Below are positions 38,929 through 48,732 of a stretch of DNA of 64,000 bases, piece after piece. The notes beneath the pieces are model-generated. The model searched no databases and was not told the origin of the DNA. It saw only the letters and a program-made list of their open reading frames with translations. Numbering within the stretch: the stretch's first letter is position 1; each line of letters starts with the position of its first letter. This DNA comes from Promethearchaeota archaeon (GTDB lineage Archaea > Asgardarchaeota > Hermodarchaeia > Hermodarchaeales > Hermodarchaeaceae). The translations under genes were made by a program, and so were the position numbers. The stretch is from the NCBI GenBank assembly GCA_048939625.1, contig JBHLPH010000009.1:16400-80399 (forward strand). Reading direction: 5' to 3'.

Positions 38929-39399
38929 CTAACCCTTCTCGAGTTCTCCTAAGGCGGCTTTAAGCTCTTCCCGCTCGGCGTCTGTCTTTCCAGCTGCCAC
39001 TGCGGGTTTTTCGGCCATAAACTCGTCAAGTACCTTTGCAAGTTCAGCTGCTGCTTTCATCATTGTTAGGCGTATCATACCGATATTAACTTCCTTATCG
39101 GTAATCACACACAAAACACCTTTTCCTGCACCAGCTGCAAAGATCTTACCATCACCAAACTCCGATGTCACGATTGTCAAATCACCTACATCCAAGCTCT
39201 TTCCCTGTTCTTCACTTGCACAAAAAACAGCACTAGCAATTGCACCAATGCCGTCCACGTCAACAGGGTAGTATGAGAATTTGGAAACGTGGGCTATAGT
39301 TAATCCTGTTCGGTCGACCAGAATTGTTTTTTTGATTCCTGGTTCAGATTTGATGACATCAGAGAGGATTTCATCAAATTGTCGTACGGTTATGGACAC
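38929..39399 (-). CDS. Roadblock/LC7 protein with C-terminal helical extension
   Basis: ILVDRTGLTIA, IGAIASAVF, VNIGMIRL. Confidence 0.88.
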   Translation of the reverse strand: MSITVRQFDEILSDVIKSEPGIKKTILVDRTGLTIAHVSKFSYYPVDVDGIGAIASAVFCASEEQGKSLDVGDLTIVTSEFGDGKIFAAGAGKGVLCVITDKEVNIGMIRLTMMKAAAELAKVLDEFMAEKPAVAAGKTDAEREELKAALGELEKG

Positions 39400-39479
39400 G
39401 GTTCATCCCTTTCCATGGGGCTAGCCGAGCTTATCTTAGGGAGATGACTTTTAATTCTTGTGTGGAGAACGTGGGGTCC

Positions 39480-39767
39480 TCATCCTCGCATGACGATGAG
39501 AATGTAGTCTTCTTCGGGGGCGACCATGACTTCTCCTCGAGGTGTTGAGATGGTGAGAAAATTCATACCGCCCTCTCCTAGTTCATCTACAACACGTTTG
39601 GCTTTGCCTACAAGTGAAGTAACCAGTGCTGCGATGACTTCAGTTTTTTCTGCGTTCAAATTGGAGCTGATTGGTAGACCTTCCATATTTGTGATGATCA
39701 CACCCCGAACACCTTCATGAGCGCCGAGGCGTTTGAGTGAGTCTTTTAGTGCTTTTCCGCCAATCAT
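39480..39767 (-). CDS. Roadblock/LC7 (dynein light chain-like) protein
   Basis: [36 protein letters not shown]; ATG 39767 after GGAG. Confidence 0.9.
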   Translation of the reverse strand: MIGGKALKDSLKRLGAHEGVRGVIITNMEGLPISSNLNAEKTEVIAALVTSLVGKAKRVVDELGEGGMNFLTISTPRGEVMVAPEEDYILIVMRG

Positions 39768-39967
39768 TGTACTCCACACTCTCTAGCCACTGACTAGTGG
39801 TCTCTTATTGAAGTTATAAAAGTTCCCTCTTGTTCGGAGATAATGGCGAAGTTTTGAAAAAATCTACTCTTTCTGTCTTTCTGACGGACAGTTTTTAAAC
39901 CAAGGAAACCCAATTCTTTTTATCGCAACCATATTGCCAAGATTCTCTGGCGATGGGTGTGGCTTTC

Positions 39968-40333
39968 ATGCTCGGAAAGAAAGAAGTTGAACAGATTCTT
40001 GCAGAAATAATGGACACTATACCCGAACTTGAAGGGCTTATTGCAGCCTCTCAAACAGGTAAGGTAATTGCTGGACAAACTCTGCGAGATATGGACCATA
40101 GTGCAATTACTTCAAGCGTCACTACTCTCTTGAAGGAAACAAAAACTGTAAGCAAAGCTGTCGATCAAGGTCCAGTACAATCGATGTATCTGGAAACAGA
40201 CAAAGGTTATACCGTGGCCGTCACCGCTTCGAAAACTCTTGTCATCGCCATCGCCGGAAAAGATGCAGCTCCTAGCCTAGGTCTAATTATTCGAAGCCTT
40301 CGTTCTGCTGTTGAAAAGATTGGCACTAGCTAA
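39968..40333 (+). CDS. Roadblock/LC7-like protein (divergently transcribed)
   Basis: IPELEGLIAAS.TG.VIAG, LETDKG, SLGLII. Confidence 0.8.
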   Translation: MLGKKEVEQILAEIMDTIPELEGLIAASQTGKVIAGQTLRDMDHSAITSSVTTLLKETKTVSKAVDQGPVQSMYLETDKGYTVAVTASKTLVIAIAGKDAAPSLGLIIRSLRSAVEKIGTS

Positions 40334-40471
40334 CCTGTTTCCAATGAAATCCAAGCCAATCTTTTACTCCTTTCTAATTCAGGAGTAGATTCGAGACCTT
40401 TTTGTATGAGAAATGTCTCTCTCAGGGGCGTTTGACCAAACTATAAAAGTAAGAGTGTAGGCGTTTTTCAC

Positions 40472-43400
40472 GTGGCTTACTTACAACAAATCGTAATTCA
40501 AGGGTTCAAGAGTTTCAGTTCAAGAAAAATCGCAATTGATCTCAGTAGGGGATTTACCGCAATTGTTGGTGAAAATGGTTGTGGCAAAAGCAATATCTTG
40601 GATGCAGTCTGTTTCGTACTTGGACGTCTAAGTAGTAAATCTTTACGTGCAGAAAATTTTGCTTCTTTACTTTTCAATGGTGGAGCAAATAATTCCCCTG
40701 CCAAATTAACTCGAGTCAGTTTGGTTTTCAATAATGTTGATAGACATTTTCCTATTGATTCTGATGAAATAACCATTAGCCGAGAGGTAGATGAAACGGG
40801 AATCAGTGCCTACCGAATCGGAGGTAAACGGGTTACACGAACTGAAATGATTGATACAATTGCCGTTGCTGGACTACACCCAGAAGGTCACAACATAGTA
40901 ATGCAAAACGAGTTGGCCAACGTCATCACAATGACCCCAACTGAAATCCGTCAAATAGTTGAAGGAGTGGCAGGAATTTCAGTTTTTGATGAAAAGAAGC
41001 AACAAATTGAAAGCGAATTGGTGAAGGTTGATCAAAATCTGCACATGGTACAACTCCGTACTGAAGAAATCCGCTTGGAATATTCTCGATTAGAAAGAGA
41101 TCGAAAGGATGCGCTCCGATGGCGAGAAATCACAGACAAGCTAACCAAACTCGAAAGAGATTTGGTTTTTGCCGAATTAGCCCGGATTGAAGAACGCTTG
41201 AATGCTATGAAAGAAGAATTTGAAACATATTCCTCAAATATCAAGGAACTAGAAAAGCGACGTAAAGAAGCAAAAGATCGGAAACTTGAATTAGAACAAA
41301 ATGTGCTCGCTGATGAAAAGCACATCAAGGACTTGGATCAAAAGCAACGAAAAAATGAGCTTGAAGAAATACGTGCACGTGAAATTCTAAATAATCTCCA
41401 GCATACCTCTGACAAACTCACTCAAGAAAATGCACTCCTCTCAGCAAGCGTCAACCATCTTTCCTCTAAGGAATTAGAAGAACAGACTCGTTACTCAGAA
41501 TTGAATGAAGAAATTAAGACACTTAAAGCAGACGAAGATGCGTTGAAAGCTCAAATTGTGCCTATTCGTACCCGCCTCTCAGAGCTCTCGAAAGACACTG
41601 TTTCTCCAGACGCGGAGTATCTCTCACTGAGAGAAAAGATACTTGAACTAACTCAAGTCATCGAAACTAAAAAAAGTCAACTTGGAGAAACATCTGCTCT
41701 GATTCAAGTTACCGAAAAGAGTGTCTCGGATCTGAAAACACAAATTGAAAAAAGTTATGCACTTCTTCCTGAGCAAGAATACGCAAGGGATGAAGCACAA
41801 ACTGAATGCCAAAATCTCGAAACCCAGCTTAAGAATCAAGAATCAGAAGTAGCAGAGTTATTTGATCAGAAAGCTGCTTTCCAAAAATCGATGCAAGAAA
41901 AATTGGACAAACAGGAAGAACTCAATAATCTAATTCAAAACTCAAAAGAGGAACTCCTTGAAGTACAAACACGGTTGAAAACAATTCGTGAATTCAAGAA
42001 GTATGGATTAACAAGGAAAGCAGCAACTGAAGCGACGTTGAAATTTGCAAAGGAGAACAAAATCCCTGGTATATATGGGACACTTGGCAGCCTAGGAAAG
42101 ACTTCGACAAAACATGCCACTGCACTTGAGGTCGCAGGTGGTGGTCGACTTGATTTTATCGTTGTAGATACTGAAGAAACGGCAACAAAATGCATTGAAC
42201 ACCTGAAAAAGAGTCGAATAGGACGTGCGACCTTCATTCCGCTTGATACAATTAAAACAAATCCATATTCATACAAAGGTGATCAGAAAGGAGTTGTCGG
42301 AAATGCGATTGATTTACTGACCTTTGATGAGAAATATCGTCCTGCATTTGACTATGTTTTTGGTCGCACACTCATTGTCAAGGATTTGAAAGTTGCACGA
42401 AATATCAAAGCTTCAGGTGTCCGAAAAATCACTATTGATGGAGATGTTGTCGAACCTAATCGGACTCTAACAGGCGGATTCTATAAAGGGCTCTCGTCTT
42501 TGTCTCTCGAAGAAGAGACACGTATCCCGGAATTACAGAAAAAGCTCAAAGAATTACGTGCACTTCAAACCAAAGCCGCTGCTGAATACAAGGAATGGGT
42601 TGACAAAAATAACGAATTAGATGGTCAGGTTAGCCAGAAACAACAACAGCTTGAAGAATTGAAAAGTAAAGTTACCAAAGCAAATGAACTTGCAACCGTT
42701 CAAGAAGAAGCACTTATTGATTTTAAAGAAAGCATTTCAAAAATACGTGAATCATTAAAAGACAAACAAGAAACTCAACAAACATTAATCAATAAATTCC
42801 AAAAAGAAGAAGTCGTAATTGATGAGCTCATTAACAATCGAAAAGAACTACAAGATCACTTATCGTTACTAGAAAGAAGCAGTTTAGATCCGAATCTCAC
42901 TGGGCTCCGCAAACAGCTAGACGACTATGAATCGCAACTTCAGCAAACACAACTCAGCTTAACCGAAAAAAATAGCGAGGCTCGCTTCTCACAAAGTGAA
43001 ATTAAAAGATTATCTACTGAATCATCTAATGCGAAAGCGGAATTGAAACAGAAAGAAAAAGAATTAGCGACTACCACTGAACAAATCCAGCAACACCAGA
43101 GCAAAATAGATGCCCTTGAAGCTGAAATAAATAAGCTGAACGAGCAAATTAGCACAATAGAAGAAAGAATTCTAGAAAGCGGAAAAGAATCGCGGCAATT
43201 AGAAACAACAATTGACGAAGTTTTTGATAAAATCAATGAAGTACAATTGAACCAATCAAAAATCGAAGGACGAATAGAACACTGGCAAGAACGCTATGAT
43301 GCCCAAATGGAAAAAACCCAGGGCTTAGAACCTCCATTGCTTCCGCTAGAACCCAGTCAGGTACATAGCTTCCGCCGACAAATTTCAGAACTCCAACAGG

Positions 43401-44035
43401 AGAGAGATCAGTTAGGTCTTATTAATCAAAAAGCCGTTGAACGCTTTGAAGAAATCCGCCATGCCTATGATGAGATATTAGAAAAAGAAACCCGAATACG
43501 TGATGAACGTGAAGCAATTCTGGATGCAATGCGGAAGGCAGAAGAAGAGAAGTTTCGCGTGTTTATGGCGGCGTTTAATAGTATTTCACAGAATTTTACT
43601 GACGTTTATCAACAACTCACTCAGGGAGAGGGACAGCTCGAATTAGAGAATCCTGAGAATCCGTTCTTAGGTGGAATACGAATGAAGATCCGTCCTGCAG
43701 GTAAACGTGTTCAATACCTCGACGCCCTTTCCGGAGGAGAAAAGGCACTTACAGCATTAACCTTTATGTTCGCTCTGCAACTCCACCAGCCGGCTCCTTT
43801 CTACTTCCTTGATGAGATCGACGAAGCATTAGACCCAAATAATACCGATCGAGTTGCTCGACTAATCGCTAGTCTTTCAGAAAATTCACAATTTTTCATC
43901 ATTTCACACAATGAGATTACCATCCGATTGGCTAATACAATACTCGGTGTTGCACTAGTTGATGGCGTATCCCAGGTATTTTCGGTTCAATTCGAAGAAG
44001 GCCTTCTTATGATTGAAGGAACAAGTAAAACCTAG
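40472..44035 (+). CDS. smc: Chromosome segregation protein SMC
   Basis: GFKSF, GENGCGKSN, hinge GIYG..GRATFIPL..GG, LSGGEK, FLDEID. Confidence 0.97.
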   Translation: MAYLQQIVIQGFKSFSSRKIAIDLSRGFTAIVGENGCGKSNILDAVCFVLGRLSSKSLRAENFASLLFNGGANNSPAKLTRVSLVFNNVDRHFPIDSDEITISREVDETGISAYRIGGKRVTRTEMIDTIAVAGLHPEGHNIVMQNELANVITMTPTEIRQIVEGVAGISVFDEKKQQIESELVKVDQNLHMVQLRTEEIRLEYSRLERDRKDALRWREITDKLTKLERDLVFAELARIEERLNAMKEEFETYSSNIKELEKRRKEAKDRKLELEQNVLADEKHIKDLDQKQRKNELEEIRAREILNNLQHTSDKLTQENALLSASVNHLSSKELEEQTRYSELNEEIKTLKADEDALKAQIVPIRTRLSELSKDTVSPDAEYLSLREKILELTQVIETKKSQLGETSALIQVTEKSVSDLKTQIEKSYALLPEQEYARDEAQTECQNLETQLKNQESEVAELFDQKAAFQKSMQEKLDKQEELNNLIQNSKEELLEVQTRLKTIREFKKYGLTRKAATEATLKFAKENKIPGIYGTLGSLGKTSTKHATALEVAGGGRLDFIVVDTEETATKCIEHLKKSRIGRATFIPLDTIKTNPYSYKGDQKGVVGNAIDLLTFDEKYRPAFDYVFGRTLIVKDLKVARNIKASGVRKITIDGDVVEPNRTLTGGFYKGLSSLSLEEETRIPELQKKLKELRALQTKAAAEYKEWVDKNNELDGQVSQKQQQLEELKSKVTKANELATVQEEALIDFKESISKIRESLKDKQETQQTLINKFQKEEVVIDELINNRKELQDHLSLLERSSLDPNLTGLRKQLDDYESQLQQTQLSLTEKNSEARFSQSEIKRLSTESSNAKAELKQKEKELATTTEQIQQHQSKIDALEAEINKLNEQISTIEERILESGKESRQLETTIDEVFDKINEVQLNQSKIEGRIEHWQERYDAQMEKTQGLEPPLLPLEPSQVHSFRRQISELQQERDQLGLINQKAVERFEEIRHAYDEILEKETRIRDEREAILDAMRKAEEEKFRVFMAAFNSISQNFTDVYQQLTQGEGQLELENPENPFLGGIRMKIRPAGKRVQYLDALSGGEKALTALTFMFALQLHQPAPFYFLDEIDEALDPNNTDRVARLIASLSENSQFFIISHNEITIRLANTILGVALVDGVSQVFSVQFEEGLLMIEGTSKT

Positions 44036-44102
44036 TGAAAAGCTGATAATACATCAGGTTATATAGGATGCATTTATCAAGTACTACAAAATTGCAAAGA
44101 AA

Positions 44103-44810
44103 TTGGAGAACGATAAACCATTGACAGAAAGTAGCCCTGAACCATTCTGGTTTCATCAACCATGGCGAGTTTTAACTGATATCTTAGAACTCCAAAGGAT
44201 CAGTCCATGGGAACTCGACTTGGCTGAGCTAGTCAATGGTTTTATTGGTCGGTTACTAACAGCTGAATATATTGACTTTCGTATTTGTGGCCGTGCACTT
44301 CTTTCTGCAGCAATCCTTCTCCGATTAAAGACAGAATATCTACTTGAGTTTGGTCGCGAAGAAGAAGAAATCATCAAGGTTATCGAAGATGATATTTTTC
44401 TACCTCCGATTCGTCCACCTTTTCGACAAAATATTCGTCCCACATCATCAGCAGAATTCATCGAGGCATTACGTGAACTTGTCTTTCCACCTAAGACGCG
44501 GCTCCGAAAACAGACAAAGATTCTTGATTCTTCACCCACGATTCCCCAATTTGATGGATCTCAAGTTGAACTGGCCAAATCCTTGAAACGATTATATACC
44601 AAGCTGCTTGAAACAAGCCTTGAAAGTAACCCAATCTCTTTTGTTGACTTTGTTCACGGAATGTCACATATTGATATTATTCGTGTTTTTCTTACTCTCC
44701 TCTACTTATTAGGCGAAGGCAAAATTCACATTTCGCAGAATCTCCAATATGGAGACATCATGATTTCAGTGCAAGAGCCAAGCGGTGAGGAGGGAATTAA
44801 TAGTGGATGA
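44103..44810 (+). CDS. scpA: Kleisin ScpA
   Basis: ISPWELDL, ALLSAAILLRLK, FLTLLYL..Q...YGDI. Confidence 0.88.
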   Translation: MENDKPLTESSPEPFWFHQPWRVLTDILELQRISPWELDLAELVNGFIGRLLTAEYIDFRICGRALLSAAILLRLKTEYLLEFGREEEEIIKVIEDDIFLPPIRPPFRQNIRPTSSAEFIEALRELVFPPKTRLRKQTKILDSSPTIPQFDGSQVELAKSLKRLYTKLLETSLESNPISFVDFVHGMSHIDIIRVFLTLLYLLGEGKIHISQNLQYGDIMISVQEPSGEEGINSG

Positions 44811-45351
44811 GGCAACTCGATTAGTTGAAGCAGCCCTCTACATCTCTGGACGTCCTCTCACCATCCATGAAATCCAACAAGTGACACAAATACCTACTTT
44901 GAAGCAAGTCCGAGAGTGTGTCCAAGAGCTAATAGATGAATATGATAATCGATCAGGGGCTTTAGAGATTGTTAGGCTTCCTCGTCAACGTTTTGTTCTC
45001 CAATTAGACCCTGAACTCAGTGAACATGTAGGTGAATTAGCTCCCCAAGGATTACTCTCCCTGGGTGAACTGAAAACTCTGATTTATATCGCACTCTCCC
45101 AACCCATACTTCAATCAGATGTTGTAGTATATCGTGGTTCTCATTGTTATAAACACATCAAAGCGCTCGAATCACATGGTTTCATCGAATCTAAACCAGC
45201 TGGACGAACAAAAGAACTCACAACCACTGAAATGTTTGCAGATTATTTCGGTTTTGATTACGATACTGACAAACTCAAAGGTCAACTACGAAGAATGATT
45301 AAACAAATCCGAATAGAACAATCGGAGCTAGCGTCAGCAGCAGAACAATAG
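44803..45351 (+). CDS. scpB: ScpB (kite) subunit
   Basis: VEAALYISGRPL, LKTL.YIA..QPI, RG, TT..FADYFG; GTG after GAGGAGG. Confidence 0.92.
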   Translation: MDEATRLVEAALYISGRPLTIHEIQQVTQIPTLKQVRECVQELIDEYDNRSGALEIVRLPRQRFVLQLDPELSEHVGELAPQGLLSLGELKTLIYIALSQPILQSDVVVYRGSHCYKHIKALESHGFIESKPAGRTKELTTTEMFADYFGFDYDTDKLKGQLRRMIKQIRIEQSELASAAEQ

Positions 45352-45451
45352 CAAACTCTACTTATTCAGATGCGAAGCATAGCCCTAACTTTGTTAGTTT
45401 ATATCTACTTCTACATACTCAAGGAAAGCTAATTATCTCGAGGCTCCAAGT

Positions 45452-45937
45452 GTGGCAAGAATCCCTCAAGAATCTGTAACTTCTCAGTCATATAATAAGA
45501 CTTCACGCATCAAACCTCCTGAAGGACTCTATTCCCTATTTATTCTGAAAGAATCGGGGTGTCCATTTTATTATCAGATTTTTACTTCAGACGAAAATCA
45601 TCCTGATCCAGCAATTCTTGGAGGCTTTTTCATTGCCTTATCTCTATTTGCGAAAGAGGTTACATCTGGTCACATTGAGACGGTGACAACTGAACCTTGT
45701 AGGTATACCTTTCATCCACTGCAAAATGGACTCTTAGTCATCAGTAGTTCAAAAACATCTAATCCCATTATTATCGAAACAATCGCAAAACGAATTGTGA
45801 AATTATTTCTCACAAAATATCGTGATCGACTTATCACGCCTCAATCTGCAGCCGTCTGCGCACCTGAGCTAAACGAACAAATTGCTCAGATACTTGATGA
45901 AACCAATCTCAGAATAACACAGGAGTCTGCAATATAA
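45452..45937 (+). CDS. Longin-like domain protein
   Basis: LFILKESG.P.Y, DP.ILGGFF.AL..FAKEV, then beta strands and a C-terminal helix: longin topology. Confidence 0.6.
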   Translation: MARIPQESVTSQSYNKTSRIKPPEGLYSLFILKESGCPFYYQIFTSDENHPDPAILGGFFIALSLFAKEVTSGHIETVTTEPCRYTFHPLQNGLLVISSSKTSNPIIIETIAKRIVKLFLTKYRDRLITPQSAAVCAPELNEQIAQILDETNLRITQESAI

Positions 45938-45944
45938 AACTAAA

Positions 45945-46976
45945 CTAGCACACACGTGGAATAGCCTCTGCCCAGGGATGTTGGATTACCCGAGAACCAC
46001 CAACCTCTGTTTTCATGACAACTAAACCCGTGCGCTCATTCGTAGCCTCTCCAATAATTTGAGCCTGCCTTCCATATTTTGTGCTACGAATTGCCTGTAG
46101 AACTGCTTCTGCTTTACTAGCTTCTACAGAAATCAGGGCCTTTCCTTCACATGTTACTTGAAGCGGATCAAGTCCAAGCATCTGGCTGGCAGCAAGCACT
46201 TCACGCTGGAATGGAAGATCGGACTCATTGATTACCAAGCTAACACTTGCCTTCTTAGCAAACTCATTCAATGTGGCTGAAAGTCCCCCGCGTGTAGGGT
46301 CTTTCATTGCGTGAATTCCGCCAACCTGCAAAGCCTCTTGAATTAAGGACCATAAAGGAGCCACATCAGATACTAAATCGGTTTCAAAAGTAAGCCCTTC
46401 ACGACTAGCTAACAAAGCGATACCATGATCACCAATTGTACCGGTAATTATTAGCTTATCACCTGCTTTTACCCCATCATCTGTAATTGCCTGTCCCTTT
46501 TCAACAATACCAAATCCAGTTGTGCAGATAATCATCTGATCAACTCCTCCTCTTGGCATAACTTTGGTGTCCCCTGCAATAATTGCCACTTGATCTTCTG
46601 CGGCTGTCGTTGCCATCGACTCTAAAATCGTATCAAGGGATTCAATTGCAAAGCCTTCTTCAATCACAAGTGCACTGGTGAGTGCTAATGGTTGTGCTCC
46701 CATCATCGCTACATCATTTATTGTTCCTGCTACCGCAAGTCTTCCAATGTCACCTCCAGGGAAAAACAACGGGGATACCGTATGACTATCGGTTGAAACC
46801 ACTACCTCACGTTTTCCAATCGGAATCGTTGCTCCGTCGTCTGCTTCAGGTAATCCGATTCCCGTTTTATATCGATTAAGCTTAAAATGAGGAAAAACCA
46901 CCTCAGACAGAAATTGAGTCATAGCCTGTCCACCTGCACCATGAGCCAGCTCGACAAATGATTTGTCTTCAACCAT
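45945..46976 (-). CDS. hypE: Hydrogenase maturation protein HypE
   Basis: LAHGAGG, DSHTV.PLFFPGGDIG, GDTKV, KDPTRGGL, C-terminal PRVC. Confidence 0.96.
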   Translation of the reverse strand: MVEDKSFVELAHGAGGQAMTQFLSEVVFPHFKLNRYKTGIGLPEADDGATIPIGKREVVVSTDSHTVSPLFFPGGDIGRLAVAGTINDVAMMGAQPLALTSALVIEEGFAIESLDTILESMATTAAEDQVAIIAGDTKVMPRGGVDQMIICTTGFGIVEKGQAITDDGVKAGDKLIITGTIGDHGIALLASREGLTFETDLVSDVAPLWSLIQEALQVGGIHAMKDPTRGGLSATLNEFAKKASVSLVINESDLPFQREVLAASQMLGLDPLQVTCEGKALISVEASKAEAVLQAIRSTKYGRQAQIIGEATNERTGLVVMKTEVGGSRVIQHPWAEAIPRVC

Positions 46977-47103
46977 AAAAATCACAACCGACTTGACCTA
47001 TGAAGCTCAAAGCCCACGAACCTAAAGTTCTTTGCCATTATCGGGTTGGCGAAATGTTTATAGCTCTTTGTCTGTGTCTCGTGTCAAATCCGAGGTTACT
47101 GAA

Positions 47104-47484
47104 ATGCCCCTATGGCAAGGAAAATCAAAACGCTATCATAGTGGTGCCAGACGTCACTCCTCTCGTAAGCATCGGAAATTCGAACGAGGGAGCCAAGCAA
47201 CAGAAACAATCATGGGTGAGAAGAAGCTACGCATAAAACGAGTCCTCGGTGGAAATATTAAGCATCGTTTACTTGCAGTTTCTTACGCCAATGTAACTGA
47301 TAAAGCCGCAGGGACATCCGAGAAAGCCAAGATAATCCAAGTCCTTCAGAATCCTGCGAATGTTGATTTTGATCGACGGGGAATTATAACCAAAGGCAGC
47401 ATAATTGAAACAGAGAAAGGCAAGGCTGTCGTAACAAGTCGTCCTGGCCAAACAGGCGTTGTTAACGCGATAAAAATTGAATAA
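47104..47484 (+). CDS. rps8e: Ribosomal protein eS8
   Basis: WQGKSKR..SG, RKFERG, RVLGGN.K, IITKGSII, VTSRPGQ.GVVNA. Confidence 0.95.
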   Translation: MPLWQGKSKRYHSGARRHSSRKHRKFERGSQATETIMGEKKLRIKRVLGGNIKHRLLAVSYANVTDKAAGTSEKAKIIQVLQNPANVDFDRRGIITKGSIIETEKGKAVVTSRPGQTGVVNAIKIE

Positions 47485-47493
47485 TGCTTTTCG

Positions 47494-47871
47494 CTATTCT
47501 TGTTCTACCTCTGCTTGAATATCCTTAATGATGCATTCTCTTCCCTGGATTACTTCAACATCTTTCGTATTACAATTAGAACACGCTAGAGAAGATAGAA
47601 TCTCATATAATGGCCCCTCTCGAGTAACATCAGATTCGGTGCTACATTGTCTACAACGAATACGAGTGGTAAGTGGCTCAATAGTAATCTCTGCCCCTTC
47701 TACTATTGTATCCTTGGAAGCCATCTCAATACCAAAAACAAGCTGATCATGATTGAGCATCGACAACTGACCTATCTGAAGAGTGATTTTCACTACTTTC
47801 GTTGCACCATAACTTTTCGCAGCTCGTTTTACTGCTTCTACGATACTGACAGCGGTCGAAAACTCGTGCAT
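47494..47871 (-). CDS. hypA: Hydrogenase nickel metallochaperone HypA
   Basis: MHE, CRQC, CSNC, GRE. Confidence 0.95.
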   Translation of the reverse strand: MHEFSTAVSIVEAVKRAAKSYGATKVVKITLQIGQLSMLNHDQLVFGIEMASKDTIVEGAEITIEPLTTRIRCRQCSTESDVTREGPLYEILSSLACSNCNTKDVEVIQGRECIIKDIQAEVEQE

Positions 47872-47970
47872 AGCATTTCACTCCCATTACTCAAAACTTT
47901 TCAACCTTGCTCCCTTACAAGAAAAGCAAAGCTTTTGTGCTCTGAATGGGGGCTATGAAGGCGGTCTAGA

Positions 47971-48273
47971 ATGCGAAAATCAGGAAACTACTATATTTAC
48001 CCAGCTTATTTCGAAGCCAATCGCAGTCGCCATTCAGGGCGCCGAATCCCCAAAAAACTCGCCTTGACGGTAGTAACAACCTCAATGATTGCGGCTGCAG
48101 CCCAAAGGCTGGGACTTCAATATACTGTCGAATCAAAAGCCCGATACCCTTCCAGTTGGTGGGCAACATCAGGTGTAGTGTTGATAAAGAAACCCGAAAA
48201 ACAAAACAAAACCCAACTCCTAAAGGAACTTGCCAAGATAATGAAAACCTTGAAAGAAGTTGGTAAAAAATAA
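47971..48273 (+). CDS. srp19: Signal recognition particle protein SRP19
   Basis: IYPAYF...SR..GRRIPK.LA, RYP..W...G.V, K..LLK.LA. Confidence 0.92.
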   Translation: MRKSGNYYIYPAYFEANRSRHSGRRIPKKLALTVVTTSMIAAAAQRLGLQYTVESKARYPSSWWATSGVVLIKKPEKQNKTQLLKELAKIMKTLKEVGKK

Positions 48274-48465
48274 AATGTAACACCCAAATCTGGGAAAACC
48301 GATAAAAACCTTCAGCTAAAATTCCATTTTTCGAATTTTTTTACAGGCATTACAAACGTCAACTTTTTTACACAGAAAAGCAGGCAAACGTTTTTAAGTG
48401 ACGGTCTGTTTCTCACCTTCTATTCCCCCCACGACGCAATTCTGGCCTTCCCAGGAGTCGATCTG

Positions 48466-48732
48466 CTGCAAGGAATTGGTCACGTTCTACACATTTCCGC
48501 GCAAGGAAATGTCATTGCGCGTCTAAATCATGCTATACGACTAGGGACACGCGTTTTTTCAACCCACTCTCAACCAATTGGAAGAGTGATTGATATCTTT
48601 GGACCAACTATTCAACCGTTTGCTGCATTAAAACCTGAAGCGAGGATTACAGACGCCATGGTGCCTCCTGGGACAACTCTCTATCTGAAGAAGGCTCCAA
48701 AAGGAGGCGTAGCGAAACGACGAAAGAAGTAA
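48466..48732 (+). CDS. gar1: H/ACA RNP subunit Gar1/Naf1 (absent from ORF track; apparent CTG start)
   Basis: Frame reads [11 protein letters not shown]..G.VI..G.RVF...[19 protein letters not shown]; GGAG at 48454 precedes CTG codons at 48463/48466; upstream of tfb. Confidence 0.85.
   Translation: MQGIGHVLHISAQGNVIARLNHAIRLGTRVFSTHSQPIGRVIDIFGPTIQPFAALKPEARITDAMVPPGTTLYLKKAPKGGVAKRRKK

Noticed and set aside
40358-40391. Hairpin TACTCCT..AGGAGTA between the roadblock gene and smc
   Set aside because: Could be a terminator, but it has no following T-tract and too little support to call
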